From contig CAVYBH010000015.1 of NCBI GenBank assembly GCA_963766715.1, positions 1 through 64,000 on the forward strand: DNA of 64,000 bases. Reading direction: 5' to 3'. The notes under the pieces were generated by a model. The model saw only the letters and a program-made list of their open reading frames with translations. It was not told where the DNA came from and did not search any database. Shown here one piece after another: positions 51,275 to 61,410 of the stretch. The position numbers and the translations under genes are program-made. The DNA comes from an uncultured delta proteobacterium (GTDB lineage Bacteria > Myxococcota > Myxococcia > Myxococcales > Anaeromyxobacteraceae). Numbering within the stretch: the first letter of the stretch is position 1; every line of letters begins with the position of its first letter.

Positions 51275-52402
51275 TCAGGCCAGCTGCCCGATGGTCTTGC
51301 GGAACCGGGCCAGGGAGACGAGGAAGAACACGGCGCCGATCCCCACGAGCGCGACGAACGGCGGCCAGACCACGTCGAGGCCGGCGCCCCGGTAGAGGAT
51401 GGCCTGGCGCAGCCGACGAAATGGGTGGTCGGCGCGGCCAGCATGAGTCCTGGACCAGCTCGGGCATGCTCTCGCGCGGCGTGCATGCCGCCCGAGAGCA
51501 TTTGCAGCGGCAGCAGGACCAGCATCATCAGCAGGCCGAACTGCGGCATCGAGCGCGCCAGGGTCGCCATGAAGATGCCCATCGACGTGGTGGCGAACAG
51601 GTGCAGCGCGCGCCGACCAGGAAGAGCGCCACCGAGCCCTCGATCGGCACGCCGCAATGCGCCCCTGGACGACGAAGACCAGCGAGACCGACGCGGCGAG
51701 CAGCACCACCAGCCCCATCGACCAGACTTGGCGAGCATGATCTCGGCGGGCGTGACCGGCATCACCAGCAGGTGCTCGATGGTGCCGTGCTCGCGTTCGC
51801 GGATCAGCGCCGCGCCGGTGAGGATGATCGACAGCATGGTCACGTTGTTGATGATCTCCATCAGGGAGCTGAACCACGATTGCTCGCAGCGTTGGGTTGA
51901 AGCGCGACGCGCAGCGCCAGATCCACCGGCGGCACTGCGACGCTGCGGTACCGCTGGACGAACTCGTTGACCTCGCCGATCGACGATCTGCTGGATGTAG
52001 CGCTGCCGGTGAAGGCCTGGCTCATGCGGGTGGCGTCGACGTTGAGCTGGATCGCCGGCGTGCGCCCGGCCAGCACGTCGCGCTGGAAGTTCGGCGGAAT
52101 GTCGAGCGCAAAGGTGTAGTCACCGCGTCCATGCCCGGCATCGACCTCGGCCAGGGCGATCCGTGCCGGCAGCTTGAAATGCGGCGGATAGAAGGCGGAC
52201 ACGATGCGCGCCGAGAGCGGCGAGCCGTCCTCGTCGACAATGGCGATCGGCGCATTGTGCAGGGTGTCGGGCATCGCCGTGGCAGCGACGTAGATCTGAG
52301 ACGGTGAAGGTGTAGACGATCAGCACCAGCATCATCGGGTCGCGCACCAGGCTCCACAGTTCCTTGACGCCCAGGCGGTAGACGTTCGCCAGGTGACGGC
52401 AT
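51275..52402 (-). CDS. yhhJ: ABC-2 transporter permease YhhJ-like (frameshifted)
   Basis: LGVKELWSL.RDP, IQLNVDATRMSQA, IREREHGTIEHLLVMP, ARSMPQFG, RFRKTI across frames. Confidence 0.8.
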
Positions 52403-52407
52403 GCACG

Positions 52408-55196
52408 TCAGCGCCTCCTGCTTCCTGAGCAGCGCGATCGCCAGGCCCGAGGATCACCGGGACGGCGACCAGCAGCGGCCAGAACGACGCGTGCAGGTCG
52501 GCAAAGCCAAGCGCCTTGCTGAACACGCCGCGGCTGATGGTCAGCAAATGCGTGGCCGGGTAAATCTCCCCGATGAACGCGCCCGATGCCCTCCAGCGAC
52601 GACACCGGGTTGAGCAGCCCGGAGAACTGCATCACCGGGATCATCGTGCCGACATGGTCAAGAACATCGCCGCGATCTGGCTGCGGGTGAAGGTCGAGGC
52701 GAGCAGGCCGAAGCCCGGTGGCGCTGAGGCATGAACAGGCAGCGCCGCCAGCAGCGAGCGTCAGGAAGCTGCCCTTGATCGGCACCCCGAACACGGTGAT
52801 CGCCGTCAGCGCTCATCAGCAGGAAGTTGACCATCGCCAGCGCGACGTAGGGCAACTGCTTGCCGAGCAGGAACTCGCTGCGCGTGACCGGCGTGACGTA
52901 GAGGTTGATGATCGAGCCCAGTTCCTTCTCGCGCACCACCGACAGCGCCGTCAGCATCGCCGGGATCATCAGCAGCAGCATCGGGATCACCGCCGGCACC
53001 ATCGCCGGCAGGCTCTTCACGTCCGGGTTGTAGCGAAAGCGGGTCTCGATGCGCGGCAGGCCGGTCGCGGCCGTCCGGCCGCAGCGCGCTTCGCCTGCTC
53101 CACGAGCCAGTCTGGTGCATGCCCTGAACGTAGCCGCGCACGGTCTCGGCGCGCTGCGGCATGGCGCCGTCGATCCAGGCGCCGATCTCCACGGCGTCGC
53201 CCGCGCTCCACGTCGCGCGCAAACCGGGCGGGATCTCGATGGCGAGCGACGAGTTCGCCGCTGCGCATGCGCCGGTCGAGCTCCGCATGGTCGGCGATCG
53301 GCGGCTGCTCGACGAAATAGCGCGAACCGGACGAGGTTGAGCGCGTAGTTCTGGCTCAGCGTGGTCTGGTCGCGGTCGAGCACGGCATAGGTGAGGTTCT
53401 CGACGTCCAGGCTGATGCCGTAGCCGATGCACGAACATCAGGATCAGCGGAGCCCAGCAGCGCCAGCGTCGCGCGCACCGGGTCGCGCCGCAGTTCCAGC
53501 GTCTCGCGCCGGGTGTAGCTCCAGGACGCGGTCGACCCGCGAGGCTGAACGGACGTCGTCGCGGGGCGGCGCCGGCGCGGCGTCGTTCGCCGGCCCGGCC
53601 GGCGGGTCGACGCCTGCGGGCGCCAGGGGCTCGCCGCGCCCCCGGCCTCCTCCAGGTAGCTCGATGAAGGCCTCCTCCAGGGTCGCGGCGCCGCGCTGGC
53701 GCACCAGCTCCGCCGGGCTATCGCTGACGAGCACCCGGCCGGCGTGCATCAGCGAGATGCGGTCGCAGCGCTCGGCCTCGTTCATGAAGTGGGTCGAGAT
53801 GAAGATCGTGACCTTGTCCCGGCGCGACAGGTCGATCAGCAGACTGCCAGAAGATGTCGCGCGCGATCGGATCGACGCCCGAGGTCGGCTCGTCGAGGAT
53901 CAGCAGCTCGGGCTCGTGCACCATCGCCACCGCCAGCGACAGGCGCTGGCGGATGCCCAGCGGCAGCTGTCCGGGCAGGGTGTCCAGCGACCTCGCTCAG
54001 CCCGAAGCGCCGCGACCAGCTCGTCCACCCGCGCCGGCATCTCGGCCTCGGGCACGTGGAACAGCCGCGCGTGCAGCACCAGGTTCTGGCGCACCGTCAG
54101 CTCGCCGTAGAGCGAGAAGCGCCTGCGACATGTAGCCCACGCGGCCCGCGTCGCCATGTCCTGCGCATCGACCGGCTGGCCGAAGAGCCAGGCGTGCCCT
54201 CGCTCGCGGGCAGGAGGCCGGTGAGCATCTTCATCGTCGTCGTCTTGCCGCAGCCGTTGGAGCCGAGGAAGCCGAAGATCTCGCCGCGCCGGATCCGGAA
54301 GCTCACATGGTCCACGGCGACGAAGTCGCCGAAGCGCATCGTCAGGTCCCTGGCCTCGATGGCTGATCTCGCTCCCCTGCCATCGTCGAGCGGCGGGATC
54401 ACGCACGGGCTGGTGCTCGCGCCGCTGCTTCCTCCGGCAGCAGCTGCGATGAACGCCTCCTCGAGCGAGACGGCCTCCGGTGCGGCGAGCAGGTTCGGCG
54501 GCGTGCCGGTGGCCAGCATCTTGCCGGCGTCCATCGCCACCAGCCAGTCGAAGCGCTCGGCCTCCTCCATGTAGGCGGTGGCGACGATCACGCTCATCGC
54601 CGGGCCGTCGCCGCGGATGTGCTCGATCAGGTCCCAGAACTGGCGCGCGACAGCGGGTCGACGCCGGTGGTCGGCTCGTCGAGGATCAGCAGGTCCGGGT
54701 CGTGGATCAGCGCGCAGCAGAGCCCGAGCTTCTGCTTCATGCCGCCGGAGAGCTTGCCCGCCGGGCGCGTCAGGAAGGGATGCAGGCCCGGTGCTGCGGG
54801 TCAGTTCGTCGATGCGGCGGCGGCGCTCGGCGGCGGTATGGCCGAACAGGCGGCCGAAGAACTGGAGGTTCTCCTCGACCGACAGCGTCGGGTAGAGGTT
54901 CCTGCCCAGGCCCTGCGGCATGTAGGCGATGCGCGGGCAGACGCCTCGCGGTGGCGCGCGCTGCGCCATGTCGCCGCCCAGCGCCTCCACGCAGCCCTGC
55001 TGCACCGCCCGCGCGCCGGCGACGAGCGCGAGCAGGCTCGACTTGCCCGACGCCGTCCGGGCCGATCAGGCCGACCATGGACCCGGCCGGGATCTCCAGC
55101 GTGACCCCGTCGAGCGCCGACGGTCTTGCCGTAGCGCAGGCTGCACGTCCCGGCAGGCGCACCGACGGCGCGGCAGTCGGTGCCGCCGACGGTCAT
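52408..55196 (-). CDS. rbbA: RbbA-type dual-ATPase ABC / permease fusion (many frameshifts)
   Basis: [83 protein letters not shown]. Confidence 0.85.
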
Positions 55197-56267
55197 TGCG
55201 GGAGCTTCACCGTCCAGTGCGGCCGGCCAGCGGCACCTGCGAATCCGAGCCTGCACCCAGGCGACGCCGGGCAGGCCGGTCTTGACCTGCTGCAGGTGCT
55301 TCTGCAGCAGGTCGCGATCGATCTGCGCCTTGACGCGGAACATCAGCTTCTGCCGCTCGCTGGCCGTCTCCACGGTCTTGGGCGTGAACTGCGCGGTACT
55401 GGCGACGAACGAGACCTTGGCCGGGATGACGACTGCGGGCGCGGCGTCGAGCACGATGCGAACTTCGCTGCCCGATCGCCAGCTTGCCGGCAACGGTCTC
55501 GGGCAGGAAGAAGGTCATGTAGACATCGGTCAGGTCGACCAGGTTGAGCACCTTGCCGCCGCCGCCGACCACCTCGCCCGGCTCGGCAACGCGGTACTGC
55601 ACCCGGCCGTCGCGCGGCGCCCGGAGCTCGCAGTCCGCGATGTCGACGTCGATGCGGGCGATGGTCGCCTCGGCTGCACGCACCGTTGAGCGCGCCCCGG
55701 TGACCTGCGTGCGCGCGGCGGCGATGGTCGCCTGCGCGGCGTTGACCTGGGCCCGGGACGCCGCAGTGCGGCCTCGTCGCTGCGCACGCGCGCGCGGTCG
55801 TCGTCGAGTTGCTGCTGCGTCAGGCTGCCCGCCGCGGCGAGCATCTCGGAGCGCTCCAGGCGGCGCTGCGCGGCGTCGAGGTCGCTCTCGCGCTGCACGA
55901 CCAGTGCGTCCACGGCCGCGCGGTCGCTCTCGCGCAGGGCGACCTGGGCTTCCGCGCTGGCCACCCCCTGGAGCGCCTGCTGCCGGTGGGCGCGCGCCTC
56001 GTCGCGCTGGGCCTGCAGGCTCTCCACCTGCATGCGGGCCAGCAGCTGGCCTGCCTTGACGAAGTCGCCATCGGCGACGAACATGTCCTCGAGGCGCCCT
56101 GGCAGCTTCGTGGCGACGTCGACCTCGGTCGCCTCGATGCGGCCGTTGCCGCTCGAGAAGCCCTCGCCGGGGCCGTTCTTGCGGAGGGCAACGTAGGCGG
56201 ACACGCCTGCTGCTGCCACCGCCACCACCACGACGATGGGGACGAGCCTTTTCAGCGTGGGATTCAA
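55193..56267 (-). CDS. yhiI: HlyD-family membrane fusion protein YhiI-like (frameshifted)
   Basis: N-terminal [58 protein letters not shown]. Confidence 0.85.
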
Positions 56268-56456
56268 GATGTCGCCCCCTGGACGGAGAGTACCAGCCGC
56301 GTCAGGGGAAGGTTCGGTCCCGGGGGGGCTGCCCGCGCCCGCGTTGCGTGATCGCGGTGGCCCGGATGGGGCTCGAACGTGGACTCCTCGGGGCGATCTC
56401 GTCGCTCCACGGGCGGAAAAGCCGAGGGCCCGGAGTGGCTGAAGTTCGACGTGGAG

Positions 56457-56642
56457 CTAGGCGCCTACTCGTCGTCTCTTCGTGCCTCGACCGTGAACTG
56501 CGCCGTCGTCGCCCCGGTGGACGGAGAGCTCGATCGGGCGGCAACAGACGGGGCAGTCCTCGACGTAGCGCTGCGAGTTCCTGCCCCCTTCGTCGATCGA
56601 GATGGGGACGGTCTCGCCGCAGTATGGGCATTCGACGTCCAT
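56457..56642 (-). CDS. CPXCG-motif cysteine-rich protein
   Basis: [10 protein letters not shown]...[12 protein letters not shown]. Confidence 0.85.
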   Translation of the reverse strand: MDVECPYCGETVPISIDEGGRNSQRYVEDCPVCCRPIELSVHRGDDGAVHGRGTKRRRVGA

Positions 56643-56837
56643 GGGCCTCGCCATAGCGGCCGGCGGCGCGGGACGCATGTCCTGGAGCAGGCGGCCCGTT
56701 AAGAAGGAGCACGTGAACCTGAACGATCCCAGGCAGGCCGTGCCCGGCGGTGGAGCGGGTACCTCTCGCTCGCCTGCGCCGCGGCTGCCCTCGCGGCCCC
56801 GGCGCCTGCCCTGGCCCAAGGCAAGAAGGAGACGCCC

Positions 56838-57365
56838 GTGAGCAGTTCCCCTGTCGTCGAGAAGCCGGTGAAGGACCGCGAGGTGGCCGTCCTGGCGGGC
56901 GGCTGCTTCTGGGGCATGCAGGACATCCTGCGCAAGATCCCGGGGGTCCTCGAGACGCAGGCCGGGTACACCGGCGGCTGGCTCGAGAATCCGCGCTACG
57001 ACGACACCCACGACTCGAAGTCGGGCCACGCCGAGTCGGTCCGCGTCGTGTTCGATCCGCGGCTGATCTCCTACGAGGACCTGCTCGAGAAATGGTTTTT
57101 CCGCATGCACGACCCGACCACGCTCAACCGGCAGGGCAACGACGTCGGCACGCAGTACCGGAGCGCCATCTTCTACGAGGACGAGGCGCAGAAGGCCACG
57201 GCCGAGGCGGTGAAGGCCCGCGTCCAGGCCTCCGGCAAGTGGAAGGGGAAGATCGTCACCGAGATCGTGAAGGCCTCGACCTGGTATCCGGCCGAGGGCT
57301 ACCACCAGGACTACTTGCAGAGGAACCCCGGCGGCTACACCTGCCACTTCCTGCGGAACTGGTGA
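56838..57365 (+). CDS. msrA: Peptide-methionine (S)-S-oxide reductase MsrA (possible longer exported form from ~56713)
   Basis: [49 protein letters not shown]. Confidence 0.95.
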   Translation: MSSSPVVEKPVKDREVAVLAGGCFWGMQDILRKIPGVLETQAGYTGGWLENPRYDDTHDSKSGHAESVRVVFDPRLISYEDLLEKWFFRMHDPTTLNRQGNDVGTQYRSAIFYEDEAQKATAEAVKARVQASGKWKGKIVTEIVKASTWYPAEGYHQDYLQRNPGGYTCHFLRNW

Positions 57366-57396
57366 CGCCCGGGTCGCGCAGGAGCGAGCCGGGCGC

Positions 57397-58272
57397 TCAG
57401 TGGGTGACCGACCGGGCGGCCTCGTCCGACATCGCGGCGTACCGGGGACCCGATCGGATGAAGGTGATCGAGGTCTGCGTTGAAGTCGTCGGCGCGCGTG
57501 GTGGCGAGCCCATGGGGCGCGCCCTTGTAGACCTTCAGCGTCGCACCCTGGATCGAGTTTCGCGGTCCGGAGCGCCGAGGTCGCGATCGGGACGATCTGA
57601 TCGTCGTCGCCGTGGACGATGAGCGTCGGCACGTCGAACTCCCTCAGGTCCTCCGTGAAGTCCGTCTCGGAGAACTGCTTGATGCAGTCGAGCTCGCCCT
57701 TCACGCCCCCTTGCATCCCCTGGAGCCAGAACGCGTCGATGGCGCCCTGGGAGACCTTGGCGCCCTCGCGGTTGTAGCCGTAGAAGGGAATCGCCAGGTC
57801 CCGGAAGAACTGCGAACGGTTCGTTCGCACGCCCGCGCGGATCTTGTCGAACGCGGCGAGCGGCAGGCCACCCGGATTCGACTGCGTCTGGAGCATCAGC
57901 GGGGGAACCGCGCCCGAGCAGGACGACCTTCGCCACCCTCCCCGTCCCGTGCCGGCCGATGTAGCGGGCGACCTCGCCGCCTCCGGTCGAATGCCCGACC
58001 AGGACGACGTCGCGCAGGTCGAGCGCATCGATGAGCCCGGCCAGGTCGTCGGCATAGGTGTCCATGTCGTTGCCGTTCCACGTCTGGCTGGAACGGCCGT
58101 GGCTGCGCCGGTCGTGGGCGATGACGCGGTTCCCTCGCTCGCCCAGGAACACCATCTGGGCGTCCCAGGCGTCGGCGCTGAGCGGCCACCCGTGGGAGAA
58201 GACGACCGGCTGCCCGGTGCCCCAGTCCTTGTAGAAGATCTCGGTTCCGTCTCGCGTCGTGTACGTGCTCAT
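57397..58272 (-). CDS. cpo: Non-heme chloroperoxidase / arylesterase (frameshifts near 57912 and 57550; end approximate)
   Basis: [44 protein letters not shown]. Confidence 0.88.
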
Positions 58273-58330
58273 GCACGCAACACTGCGCGATCGGGCACCG
58301 CGGATCCACGGACGGTCCAGCTAATCCGGG

Positions 58331-58349
58331 TACACTATAAGTAAGTACT
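58331..58349. promoter_or_regulatory. AT-rich dyad resembling HxlR/DUF24-type operators, upstream of cpo
   Basis: TACACTATAAGTAAGTACT contains ACT-N7-AGT (58334-58346) and is strikingly AT-rich for this genome. Confidence 0.4.
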
Positions 58350-58379
58350 GACTCCTCCGGGGCTTCATCCCAGGTGGTC

Positions 58380-58742
58380 TCACCACTCCACCAGCACCTG
58401 GAATCCGCCCATCGCGAAGCGCTTCGGATCGAAGGGCATCGAATCCTTCATGACGGGGTCGTTCATGCGCGGGTCCTTCATCACCGCCGCGGTGACCTTG
58501 TCGCGGTGGGCGCGCGACCTGTAGACGACCCAGGAGAAGACCACCGTCTCGCCGGCCTTGAGCTTCGCCATGCGCGGAAAGCCCATGCCGAACGGGACCT
58601 TCAGGTCGTCGCCGACGCATTCGGCGTACGCGAGCGCACCGTGCTCCTTCCAGAGCTTCGCGCCCAGCTTCGCCATGCGCAGGTAGGCCTTCACCTTCTT
58701 CTTCGGGATGGGGATGACGAAGCCGTCGACGTACCGCGCCAT
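58380..58742 (-). CDS. DUF1428 family protein
   Basis: YVDGFV, WKEHGAL.Y.EC.GDD, ETVVFSW, MPFDPKRFAMGGF. Confidence 0.92.
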   Translation of the reverse strand: MARYVDGFVIPIPKKKVKAYLRMAKLGAKLWKEHGALAYAECVGDDLKVPFGMGFPRMAKLKAGETVVFSWVVYRSRAHRDKVTAAVMKDPRMNDPVMKDSMPFDPKRFAMGGFQVLVEW

Positions 58743-58792
58743 GGAGCGCTCCTTTCGGTGGAGCGCTTCATAGCGAGCAGGGACTGCGGGTG

Positions 58793-59158
58793 CTACGCCA
58801 AGTCCCTCGTCAGGTCCCTCAGGCCAACCCCCCGGTGGTCGTGGCGGCGGGCGTGGTCCGCCAGTTGCCGCCGTGCCTCCCGGAACGCTGCGTCGATGGC
58901 GGCGTCCAGGTCCTCGTGGAACTCGGCCTTCGGCGCGTTGCGCCCCACCACGAGCTTCTCGCCGGGGACCGTGAGCTCGATCCGGGCCCGGCAGTGCTGC
59001 CCCATCCGGTGGTGCCGGCCCGGCCCCTCCAGGGTGACCTTGCAGCCGACGATGCGCTGGAAGTGGCGCTCCAGCTTCTCGGCCTTGGCTCGAACCCGCT
59101 CCGAGACGACTTCGGAAGGAGTCACGCCACGAAACGCGATCTGAATCGGCTTCTGCAT
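58793..59158 (-). CDS. HPF/RaiA family ribosome-associated protein
   Basis: RBS AGGAGG; IQIAFRG..PSE, KLERHFQRIVGCKV, IELTVPG, EDLDAAIDAAFREARRQL. Confidence 0.85.
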   Translation of the reverse strand: MQKPIQIAFRGVTPSEVVSERVRAKAEKLERHFQRIVGCKVTLEGPGRHHRMGQHCRARIELTVPGEKLVVGRNAPKAEFHEDLDAAIDAAFREARRQLADHARRHDHRGVGLRDLTRDLA

Positions 59159-59222
59159 GCGAGCCTCCTGAAAGGAGCATAGGCCGCGCAACCGGACGTG
59201 GCGGCCGCTCTTTCGGGGTGCC

Positions 59223-60918
59223 CTACCCGAGCAACCGGTACTGGACCTTCGGCGCCCGCCGCTCCACCACCCGTTCCGCCGCGTGGGCCAGCCGCAGCAG
59301 CGTGTGCTCGTGCCAGTAGCGGCCGATGGCCTGCAGGCCGACGGGCAGTCCGCCCGCGTCGTATCCGGCCGGGATCGAGATGGCCGGGTGGCCGGTGAGG
59401 TTCGCGAGCGTCGAGAAGCGCATGATGTCCAGGGTGGTCGTGAGGTCCGACTCGCCGCAGGGGAGCGCATCGTCCCGGAGGGGCGGCGCCGTGATTCCGG
59501 TCGACAGGCGTGACGATGGCGTCGACCTGGGCGAGGACCCGCTCCACGTGGCCGATGGCCCGGGTGCGGATCCGCTGCGCCTGCGCGTAATCCCGCGAGG
59601 TGAGCGCGCGGGCGAGCGCGAGGCTCACGCGCACGTCGAGGCCGAAGTCGCGCCTGTGCGCCCGGTAATCCCGCTCCACCCCGGTGGCCATCTCCGAGAT
59701 GATGGTGACCAGGTGCGCGATGCGCGACGCGTCGAGCTCGGGGATCTCGATCTCCCGCACCTCCGCGCCCATTGCCTTCAGGCCCTCGACCAGCCTCGAG
59801 CAGCCCTCCACCATGGCGGGCGACGCGTGCTCGAACCACGGGCGATAGACGCCGAGCACGAGCCCGCGAAGGTCCAGGTCGTCGAAGCCCTCGAGCGTCA
59901 CCGGCGGTTGCCGCCTCGTGCCGGGGTCCTTCGGATCCGGGCCGGCCATCACGGCGTAGGCGATCGCCGCGTCCTGGGCCGACCCTGCGATGGGGCCGTA
60001 GTGGTCGACGGTCCAGGCGAGCGGCGCGGATCCGAAGCTGCTCACCCGGGCATAGGTGGGGCTGAGGCCGACCTGCCCGCAGAACGCCGAGGGGATGCGA
60101 ATCGAGCCGCCGCCGTCCGCACCCAGCGCCACCGGGCACAGCCCCGCGGCGACAGCGGCCGCCGACCCGCTCGAGCTGCCCCCGGAGACGTGCAGCGGGT
60201 CGTGGGGGTTCCGGGTCGCGCCGTGGTGGGGATTCACGCCGGTCACGCCAATCCCGATCTCGTGCATGTTCGACTTGCCCACGAGCAGCGCCCCGGCGGC
60301 TCGCAGCCGCGCGACCGCGGTGGCGTCCTCCCTCGCCGGCGACCGGCCCAGGAACGACGTCCCCACGGTGGTGGGGTACGGCACCATGTCGAACTCCTCC
60401 TTCACCGCCACCGGGACGCCGTCGAGCACGCCGAGCGGCCGCCCGTCGCGGAAACGCTGGGCGGACGCGCGCGCCTGGGCCAGGAGATCCTCCTGCAGGC
60501 AGGCGACGATGGCGCGGAGCGGTTCTGGCCGGGCGTCGCTCTCGGCGATGGCCGCGATCACCTTCTCGGCCACCTGGACCGGAGTCGCGCTGCCCGAGAG
60601 GTAGGCAGACGCGTAGTCGCGGATGGTGGGCAGCCCGGATCCCGCGGGGCCCCCGCGCCTCGTCGCCAGGAAGGGCGACAGGTCGAACGGGCCATCCTGC
60701 GCGACGGGTCCGTCGCACGGTGCGTGCGGGCGGTAGGTGGGCGGCTCGTCCACGGCCATCTTGCGCAGGGTCGAGATCCCGCCCGTCTCGAGCATCTGCC
60801 GGACGAGCAGCCCGCTCGTGGCAGGGTTCTCCAACAGCGCGACGAACGCCTTGAGCTTCCATCCGGCCAGGCGGGGGAGATGGACGGACTCGAGGTCGTA
60901 GCGGGAGGGGTTGGCCAT
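59223..60918 (-). CDS. Amidase-signature enzyme, fatty acid amide hydrolase-like (frameshift near 59505)
   Basis: LDGVPVAVKE, GKSNMHEIG, GGSSSGS, GADGGGSIRIP, NLTGHPAIS, GLPVGLQ. Confidence 0.9.
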
Positions 60919-61064
60919 GGGCACCTCGGCCGGACCTTACGTCATTCTTCGCTTACGCCCCAAGCGCCCCTGGACCCGTTTCCACGCTCAGCAAAGAACC
61001 CGCACTCGCGGCCCGAGGTTCGAGGAGCCTTCCTCGTCCGGGACCGGTCCAGGGGGGAACACCG

Positions 61065-61352
61065 ATGTCCTACGTGATCGTGCATCACTTTCCCGGCGGC
61101 ACGAAGCAGCAGTACGAGGCCTCCATCGCGGCCGTCCATCCCGGCAGGGAGACCCTGCCGAAGGGGCAGATCCACCACGTCGCCGGCCCGTCGTCCGGCG
61201 GCTGGACAATCGTGGTGACCTACGACTCCAAGGAGAACTGGCAGAAGTTCCGCGATGGCGTCCTGATGCCGAAGATGAAGGCGGGCATCCCGGGCGGGTT
61301 CGCCACGCCGCCGCAGGAGACGAGCTTCGACGTCTACAACCAGCAGCCCTGA
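61065..61352 (+). CDS. Small hypothetical protein, dimeric alpha-beta barrel-like
   Basis: RBS AGGGGG; HHFPGGTKQQYE, LPKGQIHHVAGP, GWTIV..YDSKE.W.KFRD. Confidence 0.75.
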   Translation: MSYVIVHHFPGGTKQQYEASIAAVHPGRETLPKGQIHHVAGPSSGGWTIVVTYDSKENWQKFRDGVLMPKMKAGIPGGFATPPQETSFDVYNQQP

Positions 61353-61410
61353 GGCTTTCGGCGACGAGAACCTGGCGCTCAGTCCCTGACGAGGACCCTG
61401 GCCTCGCGCG

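Noticed and set aside
48296..56267. Secondary-metabolite cluster (thioester-reductase-like SDR, ACAD, ABC exporter)
   Set aside because: There is no PKS, NRPS, ACP, ligase or precursor peptide in the window. The genes are common stand-alone types.
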